A stretch of 63,755 nt of DNA, counting the filler, from Perkinsus chesapeaki ATCC PRA-425 (taxonomy: Eukaryota > Protista > Perkinsozoa): NCBI GenBank assembly GCA_013115145.1. It is 6 parts of 6 records of this genome, joined end to end, with 100 filler letters (N's around TTAATTAATTAA, not from the genome) between each part and the next. Parts side by side here need not be neighbours in the genome. Positions count along the whole stretch, not along the records: positions 25,234 to 43,618 come from JAAPAO010000664.1; 5 more parts are not named here. One strand, given 5' to 3'. How positions within the stretch are numbered: the stretch's first letter is position 1; the number at the start of each line of letters is the position of its first letter. Under the pieces are notes generated by a model. It did not search any database. It was not told the origin of the DNA and saw only the letters and a program-made list of their open reading frames with translations. A program made the position numbers and the translations under genes. Shown here piece after piece: positions 25,234 to 37,834 of this stretch.

Positions 25234-26871
25234 CTGGAATGGCTAGTAGACACTCACACAAATGGGACATCGCTAAGAAATACAATTGTGTAACACTCAG
25301 TCTACAGTATGCTTGTCAGATTTAGTTGGGGTCTCCATGGTGATGATGGTAACTTGTTCCATGGTAGCGGATTGCATCATTCAACAGCAGCCTTCAGCAG
25401 ATCATTTGGACCTGGGGATACCATTGGTGAGATGCGACTTGCATCTTAGGTCTCTCTGACCCGTCTAAGAATTTCAGTAATCTACCTTTTTTTGATGGCT
25501 CTAAAATGCTCTTCCGCTGGCCTCGGGGCGAGGGGAGTACTTCTTGCACTAGTTTGGACTCAAAGGACTCAGGCAGTATAATTAATCGCTCGCCTGGAAT
25601 ACCGCGCCGTGAAATTCTTGCTTGTGTAAAATTAGGGAACCGATGATCGTAGTCTCGCCACCATTAGAGTGACTCCCTTGGAGTCGTGAAAAGTATCGAA
25701 CTGCGATGCATTAGACTTCATACTTTTCAACGGGTTTCTTTAAGAGAAATTTCTGATATTTCGTACTCGATAGAGAATCTTTTCTGTCACGTATTATATC
25801 TTGAAACACTTTTTCTAGCCCGACGAACAAATGTAATGCTCAATGATCCCCTGGCCGATTCAGAATTGCTGAATCAGCAGGCACCCGTTTACATACACTT
25901 AACATGGCCGATTCTTGTCCATTGTCGAACTTGTTCGATTACCGCATGTCCTAAGACGAATATAAAATGCTTTTTCCCCAGGTTGCGGGATTAACTACGA
26001 CAAGAATACAATATTCTATACCCTTAATGGAGAGTACATCGGCGATGCCTATTCTTTCCATGGTCAGCCTTTTAGAAGGCGCTTATTGCCGATGATCGGA
26101 CTCGGCACCGAATGGACGGTGAAAATTAATCTTGGACAGGACCAGTTCCTCTATCGCGAGCTGCCATCACCGCTTTCTGTTACACTCAAGGACCTGGCTG
26201 ATTACAGTATATCAAATGGGTGGGTGAGGACAGTTAAAACCGGAAGGGATGGCGCGATGAGGATAAGAGGCTCGATTGTAAGAAGACTCATGATGGCAAC
26301 AAACGAGAGTGATAGAGCGATCGCCAGCACGCTCCAGCCAGCGGTGACCCAGTTTAGCTCAGATGAAGAGGGAGGTGATGACCGGGCAGAGCAGCTAAGC
26401 GACGAAGACGTTCTCCTGTTTGGGGATGATGTAACTAGTGCAGACCCCGAGGATGATTCGGATTATTTTGGTGATGAGTGGATGAATGACGTCGGAGTTG
26501 GGGAGCTCCCATTTGATATTGAAGAAGAGATGCATGATGATGGACGATACTTCGAGGTTATACCTGCGTTTGATGATGACTTTGATCTGATACCTGGCCA
26601 AGTCGACATGGTCGAGGTCGATGGGTATGATTTAATTCCCAGTGATGGCTTGGATGTTGACGAGTATGATTTCATTTCCAGCGATGGCTTGGATGTTGAA
26701 GAATATGATTTCATTTCCAGCGATGGTTTGGTGGATATGGATGAACTTGGCGGGGTCATCAGTGAATCACCATTTGCGGATGTCTCGGAACCTGAGCCGA
26801 TTATAGTATCATCTGGTGACAGTGACGACTTCGACGATATGCCAGTCTATTTTGAAATAACGTCTGATTAA
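25234..26871 (+). CDS. SPRY-domain protein (RanBP9/Ssh4-like) with long acidic tail, 5'-truncated by the spacer
   Basis: SWGLHGDDGNLFHG...FGPGDTIG (~25325-25428) and RRLLPMIGLGTEWTVKINLGQDQFLY (~26075-26155) match the SPRY start and end motifs. Confidence 0.8.
26626..26736 (+). repeat. 39-bp coding tandem repeat x ~3 (YDFISSDGLDVEE)
   Basis: Units start at 26626, 26665 and 26704. Confidence 0.9.
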
Positions 26872-27766
26872 GAATCTCTCATTGTAATATTCACTCACTC
26901 TCATTAACTATATAATGGAATCATTTTCTCCCAGTTCAACAACTATCATCATCTCATTTTATTGATACGTTTCGGTCATTGTCTGATTTGTTGTTAATAA
27001 TTGAGTTGTACTGTGGATGAAGAACACTTCATCAGCTGTTGTGTATCAAAAACGGGAGCAATCAAACCAAGGTACAGCTTAGTTGAGATGCTCGTTGGAG
27101 GCAGTCGTTGCGATCGTCCGCACAATTAGGCATACCGATGCATGAGCCCTGGCACTGCCAGGCAGTATAGTCTCATTTACCCTGAACTAGAAATTTCCTC
27201 TAGGAATCCTAGTAATACCGTGGTAAAAGAGCATAAACCAGGTTACCCTGGTTACCAGGGATACTCCCAGATTCTCTGGGCTTCGAAAGTCAGGCTGACT
27301 TTGAAGAGCACCGCTAACTTAATCAGCGTAGCACCCCGGGTGGGATTTTCTCCTTCCGACATGCCAAAGAAAGAAAGGAACACCGAACAATCCAACCAAG
27401 ATGTTTGTTTGAGCCGTGCGCCATTCCGCAGTCAAAATGGGGGCACGCGCTCATCCCTCTATGACTTGGCTTACGACATTTTAACGCGCTAATGGCAAAC
27501 GCGATCACCGTGGTCGTAATTTACCATGTTTAAAAGTATCGTTGATAGGGAAGGAGCTGGCTTGAACTGAAGACTGGTAGCAGGTCAATGGCGAGCGAGT
27601 ATACTTCCCTTCTGCCGTTCCTGTCTCCTTCGAGCGATTTGTTATTTCCAGAGCTATAACTTAGTTCGGAAGTGAAGATATCTTGTAACTTCTGCGCTGA
27701 GTGTAATCGAAATTCAAGATCATCCGTAAGACTATTACAGTCTGTATTTTATAGATATTCAAGGTA

Positions 27767-28860
27767 ATGGCCCTCCTCTCCAAGTTGGTATCCTGGGCAA
27801 CCCTCGGTTTCGCTAACGGATCCCCAATATCCTTACCTTTCAAGGATAACAACGTCATCTTAATGCTTGATGGTTAGCCAACCACCCTTTATTTGGATAC
27901 TGGGTCACCAGCTAGTTTCGCCATATACGGAATACGAGAGACGCTATGGTCCGGGTAGCTGCAGCACTCTTGGAGCCTGTTTTTTCTGTACGTCTAGCAA
28001 TCCCTGCAATGGCACCTTTAAAAGTATTGTAATTCACTTCGGTGATGGTCATGTTTACAAATTCGTGGAGCACAAAGTTTCTCTCGGTTTTGGTAATGTG
28101 GTAGTCCCCGATTTCAGGATCGGCTTGGCGGTCGACTACTACAACAAGTACGGGAGGGAAGTTAGAGTTCGAGGTTTTCTTGGGCTCTCATACAGCCTCG
28201 TTAGTATTCCTGTGACATTTCTAGACCATCTGCGTCAGCGCAATGTTATAAAGGATCTCGCTTACTCGGTTCGTACCAACGGAGCCGCCTTATCCTTTGC
28301 TGGTAATATCACATTGGATGATACACGCATGACTGAAAGCAGAGTAGTGCGTCGTACTAGAGACCCAGCAAGTTTTAAACAATGTGTATCCATTCCCCTT
28401 TGGCCAGTGAGGTTTCTCGCCAGGCAAGGTGGGCTGCTGAATCGGCATTATATGGTTTACGATGAAAAGGTGAAGAAGGACGGACCCTACCAGGGCCACG
28501 TGGATACTGGTACAAATGTTATCGCTATCCCTGAAAGTGACTTTGACTGTTTCAAACGAGTTACAAAAGGGATTTTACGGTTTGAGCGTTCCTCGGGGAA
28601 TTACGTGGTCCACAGAGAAAATGTTTCTCATTTACCTACACGCATTCCAGCTCGGAGAAGCACCCAACCAAATCGATATTAGAATTCACGCAAGGCATTA
28701 CGCTTCTGAGTGTGGGCACAGGCGATGTAATGTAAGAGTTGACAATACTCCTATGGCGGAGCCTATACTGGGACATCCTTTCTTTTATGCTTACGATGTT
28801 GGATTTCATCTTTCTGGTGAGAAACCATACATTACTATTCAGGAAAGTGTTAACTACTAG
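27767..28860 (+). pseudogene. Pepsin-like (A1) aspartic protease pseudogene
   Basis: MALLSKLV...MLDG*PTTLYLDTGS carries a premature TAG where the paralogue has Q. Frameshifts at ~27925 and ~28638 relative to the paralogue. Second motif HVDTGT. Confidence 0.85.
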
Positions 28861-30066
28861 TACTGTACGGTGCCTGAGGGAGCAACCGATGTTTATCATC
28901 TGATGAGCTGTTGATGTGTGCAATTAAAGATTATTAATGACGAAAAGGTGTTCTTAATATACTTTGCGGTATAGAAGAAAACTTGTGTTTCTATCTCGTT
29001 CAATTCGACGCTTCCACTTGCCAAATCTAGGTTTGGACAAGTAAATTGGCATCCTTCCTTTTCCCTACTTTCAGATTCGAATAGAGCCGTTGTAGCATCG
29101 AGGTTGCTACTCCTTTGCACAACTAATAGTGATGTTGTGAATACGAGTTATAAACCTCTCAAACGCACTTACTCGTCCTCACTCATATACATACACTGCG
29201 TATGATACACAGTTATCAGCTTCCAGAGTACCACCGTTCAATCTCCTACTACTACCAGGGTTTCACATATACACCTGTGCAGTGCATAGGTGCACACCCT
29301 CACTATTGTTACGACAATTCACATACTCTCCGGGATATTGCGTCGTATGACTTCTAACACAGAAGATTGTTGTGTCTACGATTGTGTTCTAGCTTAGCGC
29401 TGATCTGTTACTTCGCGCCTTCTTTCCAGTTTATATTTTTCCCGTTCCCTTTTTGCGTTGTTACATAGGTAATGCATTACGCATATATAATGCATAGTAT
29501 GCATGACCTATGCGTCTTCCTTGTAGTACTAACTAGGAAGACTTCTAGTGCTTTCTGTGTTGATGCCCACTATAAAGGGCGCAACTTCTTACTCAAAAAA
29601 TATCGCAGATTTCACAGTAGGTTAAATCTTCAGGTTATTAAGAAATAACACAAAATGGCATTTTTAGCTTGAACTACAAGCCTTCAAGTCATCTCCTTAA
29701 ACATTAGATTCTCTCATTCCATTCCACAACTACGACTGCCGGATTTCCTCGCTGGGGAGCTTAGGTACGGAAGAACGATGATTGGCACACGATGATAATG
29801 TAGGCTAGATCATCAAGGGCGAGCGCATAATTCGCTACCAACTTCCCCGCTGAACCGTAACCGTTTCCATCGAGCGATATATCATTTCCATTACTGAGAG
29901 GACGTGAAGGTAATCGTTAGTAACAATTTGTTACTAGGATTACGGGCTTCATGGCATATTACATGCGGAATCTGCGTCAACAAATTGGCGCAATTCTGAT
30001 TCAGATTCAGAATTTCTGAATTGTTGCAGACTATTCCGCTTTTTGAGACGATAGTTGATCTTAATA

Positions 30067-31179
30067 ATGGCTCCTTGGTCCAAACTAACCATCCCCGCAG
30101 CACTGGGTTCTTCTACTTATTGTTTGCCTATATCTTTACCTCTCGCTGATAACACCATCACCTTGTCCCTTGATGGCCAATATATAAAGCTCCTAACCGA
30201 CAGCTGCAGTTCAGCAACGTTGGTTGTATACGGACCTGAATACGAAAGGTTGCACGGTGTAGGAAGTTGCAAGACTTTCGGAAGCTGTTACTTTTGTAGC
30301 ACTGAAAATCCGTGCAATGATCTACTGCAACGGAAGAATTCCACAGGTGAGTTCGGGGACGGTGACGTATACATTTATGTCGAACACACTCTGTCCCTTG
30401 ATATCGGTAACATAACAATCTCGGATTTCGAGGTCGGCTTGGTAATCTACTCTTACAACGTTTACGAGGAAAAACCACATGTAGCGAGTATTCTTGGTTT
30501 AGCTTTTGGCCTCAGCGAGCATCCGCCGACATTTCTAGAACAGCTTCGAAAGCACGGCGTGATTGGCAGTCTCTCTTACTCGGTTCGTACTAATGGAGAC
30601 GTGTCAACCTTGACTGGAAACATCACATTGGATGATACGAGCCAGATGCGAGTTGGGACAGACGTCCGCCTTACCAGAGACCCGGCAGAGTTCAAGCAGC
30701 TTGTTGTCATTCCGCTTTGGCCAGTGAGTTTCTTGAACAGTAAAGGCGCACTGCTGAGGTACCGTTATGTGGGCTACGACACGACCACGAAGAAAGATGG
30801 GCCATCCCTGGGTTACGTCGACACTGGTTCAAAAGGGATTCACCTGCCAGAAGGAGATTTTGACAACTTCAGGAGAGTTGCCGATAAGTTTATACGATTC
30901 AGTCGTAAGTTAGATGTCTATATAGTTGGAAAGGAAAATATTTCTCATCTACCTGTACTCGCACTCACTCTCGGAGAAGCACCTCATCAAATCGATATCA
31001 GAATTCAGCCGAAGCATTATGTTTATCGATGTTCACGCAGAAGCTGCACTGTGGGTGTTTTCTGTTATTCCCTTGGGGAGCCTATCTTGGGGCATCCACT
31101 ATTCCATGCCTACGATGTTGGATTCTACCTTTCCAGCGACAGGCCATACACTACCATCCAAGAGAGTGTGAACTACTAG
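30067..31179 (+). CDS. Intronless pepsin-like (A1) aspartic protease homologue with altered first catalytic motif
   Basis: N-lobe KLLTDSCSS, flap FGDG, SILGLAF, C-lobe YVDTGSK and PILGHPLFHAYDVGF. Confidence 0.88.
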   Translation: MAPWSKLTIPAALGSSTYCLPISLPLADNTITLSLDGQYIKLLTDSCSSATLVVYGPEYERLHGVGSCKTFGSCYFCSTENPCNDLLQRKNSTGEFGDGDVYIYVEHTLSLDIGNITISDFEVGLVIYSYNVYEEKPHVASILGLAFGLSEHPPTFLEQLRKHGVIGSLSYSVRTNGDVSTLTGNITLDDTSQMRVGTDVRLTRDPAEFKQLVVIPLWPVSFLNSKGALLRYRYVGYDTTTKKDGPSLGYVDTGSKGIHLPEGDFDNFRRVADKFIRFSRKLDVYIVGKENISHLPVLALTLGEAPHQIDIRIQPKHYVYRCSRRSCTVGVFCYSLGEPILGHPLFHAYDVGFYLSSDRPYTTIQESVNY

Positions 31180-32241
31180 AAATAACGTGTATGCTGTACG
31201 CCAGTGCATCGGTGTTGATATGGTTGGAGCTTGTTATGGTACATAGCAAGCAACTGAGATTATCATGCCTAATTGATAAGCATTAAGGCTTTCGTGTGTT
31301 ACCAGTAGTTGTGCATGATTGTAAAGGTGTATCAAGTTTGTTGCACGTGTCGCGTTGCTTATTCTCGTTCTTCAATGTAATACCTACCACTACTCAACGC
31401 GAAATACGACCTGCCAACTACGCCGAACCTACTACGCCTTATTAGGTAGAGCCTGCGAATAATGTATGAAAAGAACGTGCTAAGCAATAACATTACAGTG
31501 TAATGATTACACTACTCAAGGTGCAGTAATTCCACGCACCGTATGCCTGCGCCACAGAAAGCGTGAAACTTGTCGGTGGCATTAACGATCATGAATATGA
31601 ATTCTTCATTGCTGTGTGATGAATGGGTTCGGTATCCACATAGAGAGGTTACAGTAGAGATCCCTACCGGAAATAAATCAAGTTCTTGCGTGCAGATCTA
31701 GTATAATAATAGCGTAACATTAACAAAGTTGCCCCATCTCATGGGAATTGCACCAAACCTGAAAGACCTTTTAGAGCCGTTCTCAGTATCTTGCTACCGC
31801 AGATAACCCGTTGCGAAGAGCAAGGTTCGGCGCGCGAAGTCGGTGAGCTGTGTGGCTTCACTGCCCTTCTAGTGATAATGTGTTGATGCTATGGAGAGTA
31901 AACTGTTCGTCAATCCCCTTCTCGGCCTATTCCATCCATCACTTCCCGTTAAACATGGAAGATTGGCTGATCCATCGAAAAAACGAGGTAAACTACAACT
32001 TTTCCATTCCATCCTGTCTGGAAATGTTGTCCACTTAACCCCATTGTGCAGACCAGACGGCTAAGATACGGATTCCTCCACAAGGAGGTATAACATACGA
32101 TCTCTGTCTTGACTTCCTTTTCGGAGACAGCGACGTTCACCCTATTAAACCGGTGATATTATGTGGACGTCGTGAAGGAAGGCTCCTTGGAGGGATGCGG
32201 AGGAATTTGACACGGGATGCAGGTCACGCTCGGGACCGATC

Positions 32242-35200
32242 ATGGAAGTGCCTAAGGTTACTTCAGGCACGGGAGCTTCTCCGGAAGATTCGGCCTATGC
32301 TGAGGACATGAGCTACAGTGGGGTTGACAGACCATGGAAGGTACATTCCCGTCAGTTCCGTGACAGGAATCCGGTCTTGTGGGCCAACTTGGACGGCCAA
32401 GGCATTGAGCGTCTGGCAATCGGCGCATTAGCAGTGCATGAAGCGTGGTGTGAAGTTTACATCACGCTCCGTCTCGATCTCAGTGGGAATCTGGCTATAG
32501 TCTCTTCCGATTGTCAATATTTCGCTGATTCATCGGCAAGTAGTGCTATCGACAAGGGAGTATATTGGATCTTGTCACGTTACTCGTATGATATGAGTCC
32601 TATCTCAATGACTCTATCAATTACTACTATCTTCATCGATAACACATATGATTATTGGTCAAATAGGTACGACTGAGGTGGTGGCTGATGATGTACACTA
32701 CCTTTACTGAGGGTCTCGAGGAAGGCTTACAACTCAACGTACCGCTCTGGTGATACAGGAGTGCTCCGCATCCCTGGTTATAGGTCGTCTATTACATGAA
32801 GGAAGACCTGCTGATGTCTCCAGCCACATCGGCTCTCATTTGGGGTATCAGTAGAATACCGTGGCTGCTCAAGCCAATACTAGCGTAACATATGCTTCCT
32901 AGCATATAACAAGCCTGTCTGGGTATAAGCTATCAATATGTTAAACTTCGCGATTAGTTCTCCAGACATCTCAACAAATTGCAAAGCCCAAGTTAGACTG
33001 ATGGAACTGATTGCAAGTGTTGTCGATTAGGTTCATATCGGACTCCATACCGATTTTTGGATACCGCAGGAAGCCTTACCTGATAGGCTCGGCAGGCGTT
33101 CACGTTAGTAAGCGTCCTGCTACTGACGAGGTTCATTAATGGCTCTTGTAGTTTCCCTATGCCTTCTCAGCCTGTGCCATGCCCCTCATAGTTTGATACT
33201 GCCATTGCTGTGTCTGAGCCTGAGGTCAACTGTGCGAGCGTGGACAGCTGCGATCAGTCAGGCTATTCTGGTGAGTCCAACTCGATACGGTACGATACAC
33301 ATTCGCCGTCTGTTATCAAGGACAAGGGCTGAGGTTCAGCCGCTGAACCCTTAGGCCTCTGATGCGCGAAATTATCACTAACTTATTGACACCATTCAAT
33401 CCAGTCAAATTGCTACCAGAATTATATCGTCCAAGCTGTTCTGATTAGCAAAGCATTCCTTTGTATTGTATTGAATTCACTGTGTCTATGGTACAATACT
33501 AACCTACATATGAAATAATAATCAGGTCGAAGATAACCAGGGCGAAGGCAGAGAAGCGATCAACAACATCGTGGCAGATTTCTTCTGGGTTCGCGCCGTT
33601 GGCATTGTCATTTCCAGCTATGGTACAGGTTTATTACTAGAGGTCTTCAAGCCACATACGTAAGACACTTTGGCTAATGCATTACACTGCTTGGAAAGCC
33701 ATGCTTCGCTGTTCATGGGTGCGCTAAGTCGGGCCGCAGCCAGGACACCCGGTGTTATAATTGCTTCAATTGACCCTTGGCAGCTTGAAGTTCAAGCCTT
33801 AAACCGTAATTGGCAGCGGATCGTGGAAGCATTGTTCTCTACTTCTTTTTCCTCGATCCGTCTCTCCACAGTGCAGTATGCCCCTCAAAAGTGACCCCAG
33901 TGGGATCACACCGTGTAAACTACCAATGGGGAGAATTCGCCGAGTACTCTAGACTGACCTGAAGACACATTCACTGAGAAAATACGGGAGTTGTCTTTTC
34001 CATACGATAATAGTATATGTACTAGCAAGGTGGAATCGCTCCACTCAGTGTATAATCCTCGGAAAACATTGCCGACTGTAGTTCTTCGTCACTTTAGGGT
34101 CTTTGTATTATTTTCCCTTTTCCCTGCCACAACTTGCATAACAACATGGTTCATGCACGAAGACCCGTTCCATGTCGGAGTTGAAGGTCCGATTGCCACT
34201 CCGTCTGTAATGCTACCTCACTTTGAGTCGGCTAGGTATTGAAAGAGGACAAGCCTCCTCAACAGCTGGAGAAGCTCCCTCACTTCGTAGCCATCTGGCA
34301 AGGCAGTACAGAGAGATCTCCGAGGCTCTGGTAAATTGCTCAAGAGTTGCTACGCACCTCGTATTTGCTGGTTTCAGGGAGCAAATAGTACGCTCACAGC
34401 GAGCTTGGTGTACTTCTTTTTTTATATGTCCGGTCCGAACTATGACCAAGCTCTTTATTACTATTATATTGATAAGCTGGGCTTCTCCCCGGAGATTATG
34501 GGACAGGTTCAAATGTTCAAAGGGACAGCACGGCTGACCGGTATGGGAATTGATGAGAAACCTTCGACGATTGCTCTGCAGGCCCGCTGCTGTACAAATT
34601 CTTCCTCTCGAGCGTACCCTTCAGTTCCCTTGTAAAAGGTTTGACGATCGTCAGCCTCCCGCTGTAGACAGTTCATCAATAGCACTACAGAATGCATTAT
34701 AGGTACATGTTGCCAGCGCTCCTCACTACAGGAGTGAGTCGCCAGCTTGGCATACCGGATGCGGCGTTTGCAATTTCCGGAGAATATGTTAGAGAGGCTG
34801 TCCTGTAACATGCAGTGAAAGGGAATCGTAGATCATACTCTACAGGAATATCCAAGTTCTTCCACCCATAGCCTTGGCGACGAAGCTTGCGCCTGCTGGT
34901 TTGGAAGGGACGTTATTCTCTCTCTTTACGACAGTACAGAGCCTTTCAGCTGGAACATCGAGGCTGACTTCCTGTAGTGCTTTCTAAGTGACCCCCTCAC
35001 CTCAAGCGTTTTTTCTCAGCTGCGGCAATCGCTATGTTCGGGGTTAACTCTCCGGACTTTCATGGTATCACAGCCCTCATATTTTTCTGTGGGATGAGCC
35101 TGCTGGCACCTTTGCCGGTAAGACTTGATGGTCATGTATAGATTTCTGGAGTCTTGGCTGTTGGTCTGAATCAAAGAACGGGATAACTTTGACAAGGGCT

Positions 35201-35358
35201 CCTTGTTGGGTAGTGATGAACAGGTTCTGTCTGCGATGCCAGAGGACGAGGATCAATCGGCGAACGAAACCTATGCTGTAACCGAAATCATAGAGAATCA
35301 AACGGGAGAGTCGGCTATTGACGCTCATTCATGCGCTCCCATAACCGCCTATGAATAG
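32242..35358 (+). CDS. Folate/biopterin transporter (BT1/FBT, MFS), multi-exon; start uncertain
   Basis: VVYYMKEDLLMSPA, RIPWLLKPIL, FISDSIPIFGYRRKPYL, DQALYYYYIDKLGFSPEIMG, LGIPDAAFAI and ALATKLAPAGLEGTLFSL. Confidence 0.88.
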
Positions 35359-37025
35359 GAGCACCGCCATCGCGTCAACGGCAAGTAGCTCACACGGTTT
35401 TTCTTCTTCGGATGAGCTGTTAGAGATGGTGGGTCTTTCGGGCCACACCAGCCATAGTTGAGTTTTCAGAGCTCGGCAAGACCGATGTCGCCCACATTAG
35501 GAGAAGGACGAAGATTAACAGTGTCCAGCGTGGACTAGGATACATGCCATGGATCACCCATGATGGATCTCCTTGCCTCAACCATGTCAACGGTTTCCTG
35601 ACGCTGCGTTGTGTATGTCATAGTTGGATAGCTCGAATACAACAAGGAAGTCCTTTGAAGAAACCTGGCCTTTAATCGAGCGCTGTCCACCATGCGAGCA
35701 TGTGCCACATTAGCGGAAGACATTTGAGCGGAAAGTCGCATAAAAGTCTCTCGAGTTAGAGAACACAGTTGGCCCGCCGCGGTAGAGCGGCACAACCTTC
35801 TGCTGTATACACACCATCAAACCACAGTCTGAGAGACAGTGTCTGGCTAATACTCCAAGCCTCGAGAGGAGAACCACAGCGAACGAGATAAACGTCTAAC
35901 CGCGGTAATGTCGTCAAGGGCTTGACCCGACTAAGAGTAACAGAGGAGCCTTTGATGATTTTCAATTCAAGCGCATTAAGAACGCTCGCTCTAATGGAAA
36001 GGATACGTCGGAGGAAGGATTGAAACTCTTACCCACACTTTTGCTCCCACTTTTCCCGGTTATTCTAAATTCGTAGCTTGATCTTCGGATGAGTAGGTGC
36101 GGCACATTTTGGCGTCCTGAGGGCACGAGTGCAGTGCTAGGGTTGGTAGCCAGACTTGACCTGGCCCACCCAGAGCGGATTGGTCCAGTGAAAGAGCATA
36201 ATAAACTAACGATGAGCAATTCCTCAAGAGACATCGACGACATTGAGCAAGAAGACACTAACGGCTCCCAACAACTCCACGTCATGGCGAACCAAATACT
36301 ATAATGGATTAGAGAGGTGCTGCTGACATTCTGTATGCGTGCGAGTGTGTGCGTGCTATCGCAAGGCACGCGTGTGCAAGCCGCCGTTGGTTTTCATTGT
36401 ATTAGCTCTGTTGTATACTAGTGCTGTTGAGAGGTTACTCATTGTCAGTTGGTTCTTGCGTGCGTACTTGTCTTCTGCGTCGGTAAATCCACAACATTCG
36501 TAACAATTTAGGTCGTTAAAGCCTTTGAAATAATGAAGTATTTCAACTACTGCTTCTTCATCCTCTCCGGTCTTGTAGAGAGCAAACGTATTATCTATCG
36601 GAGCTGTGAAAAGCGTGACACGTTCTACAAGCAAAGTGCCCTCAAACTCTATTGTCAGGAGGATACTGGAGGGATTCCTTGTTACGTCGCAGTTGACTTG
36701 GATGCCGGTCCTAATGTGAGTTACTTTGCACACTCATGCGATTATAAAGCTTACTGCGCGTTCCCAGTCTACTTCACAGTGGTTGCGGCGCTCCGAAAAT
36801 TTGACGTTTTTGATTTAGAAACCATTCTTAATAGTTAGTAGCTCACTTTTGAAGCCTTCAAATCAAAACAAAGACTCTCGAGTTAGGAGTCTCGGATGCA
36901 CGCAAACCACAGGCTAGACTGTAGTACAGTCACTGTTGAACAGTGACTGTACTACTTTCACATGGTAGAACTTCTACCATGTGAAAGTCTCCCGGTAACT
37001 AGTCATGGTAAACAGTCCACTCCTA

Positions 37026-37834
37026 ATGTTTCTGTTTTCGATAAGAACCTTTCATTATTCAAGAATTCCACCTTCGAGTAGCCGAAGCTGCTGTATCTGT
37101 TTCAGGCGGTAGTGGGATTCATTACGATTACTATACCATACGATATCCCCGAGTTAGAAGAATCTGATGTCAGGAAAATGATGTAGGCGCAAAGATCAAG
37201 CCTCGTCCTTGTGTGCCATGCTTGATACCTCAAGGGTCATCGTATCCTTTGTCAGGCCTGGTGACAAGAAGAGGAAAGGTATATTCGGCACGATTGAATG
37301 TGTAAGCGAGTTTTCCTCATCATTAATAATCCAGGAACACCGCTGACGCTTCGATTCTCAAAACAAACTAATAAAATATTTGGCAGACTTGCAATTCCGT
37401 GGAGCGGAATATTTTTAGACCCAGAGTTTTATCGATATTCGGAATAGAGCTCGAAATCTGAGAAACTAGTGATATTGCTTGTCAGTTCGAGGTTTACCCT
37501 GATTACAGAGGACAAGGCATCGGTGCCGAGCTACTCCAGAACAGCATCAATCATGTAAGCATATCTCAATAGTATTTATTCAATACCGTGGGTTCCTTAT
37601 TGTCAAGCATTCCGCCCCCATGCTCGAATTTAAGGTATTCCTTCAGGGTACGACTACCCCTAATTTCCTTGCTATGACCGTGCATGTTCTCCGTAAAGAT
37701 GCACGCGCAATGGGACTGTACAAAAGATATGACTTTGTCGAAGTCTTCAGTAAGTCTGTTACACTGTCGTTCGAAGACAACGTGTAGTGTTTTCAGAAGA
37801 TGAAAACTACTTCCACCTCGCTCGGTATTATTGA
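37026..37834 (+). CDS. GNAT-family N-acetyltransferase, multi-exon
   Basis: Motif A FEVYPDYRGQGIGAELL (~37485-37540) and motif B TVHVLRKDARAMGLYKRYDF (~37675-37735). Confidence 0.78.

Noticed and set aside
25590-25700. GTGAAATTCTTG as an 18S rRNA fragment
   Set aside because: Only a ~12-nt match; the flanks do not follow SSU sequence, and the region lies within the SPRY gene.
27872-27880. In-frame TAG at a Gln position (and TGA at a Trp position near 60755) as stop-codon reassignment
   Set aside because: Both genes have other lesions (frameshifts, MULE insertion), and intact genes here terminate at TAA, TAG and TGA.
32858-32873. ACCGTGGCTGCTCAAG as a spliced-leader relic (also CCGTAGCC at ~23875)
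   Set aside because: Only partial similarity to ACCGTAGCCATCTTGGCTCAAG, and the first lies in the coding exon RIPWLLKP. No full SL or SL-RNA gene was seen.
35500-36840. Overlapping ORFs on both strands as a gene or retroelement
   Set aside because: No recognisable motif, and the coding strand could not be decided.
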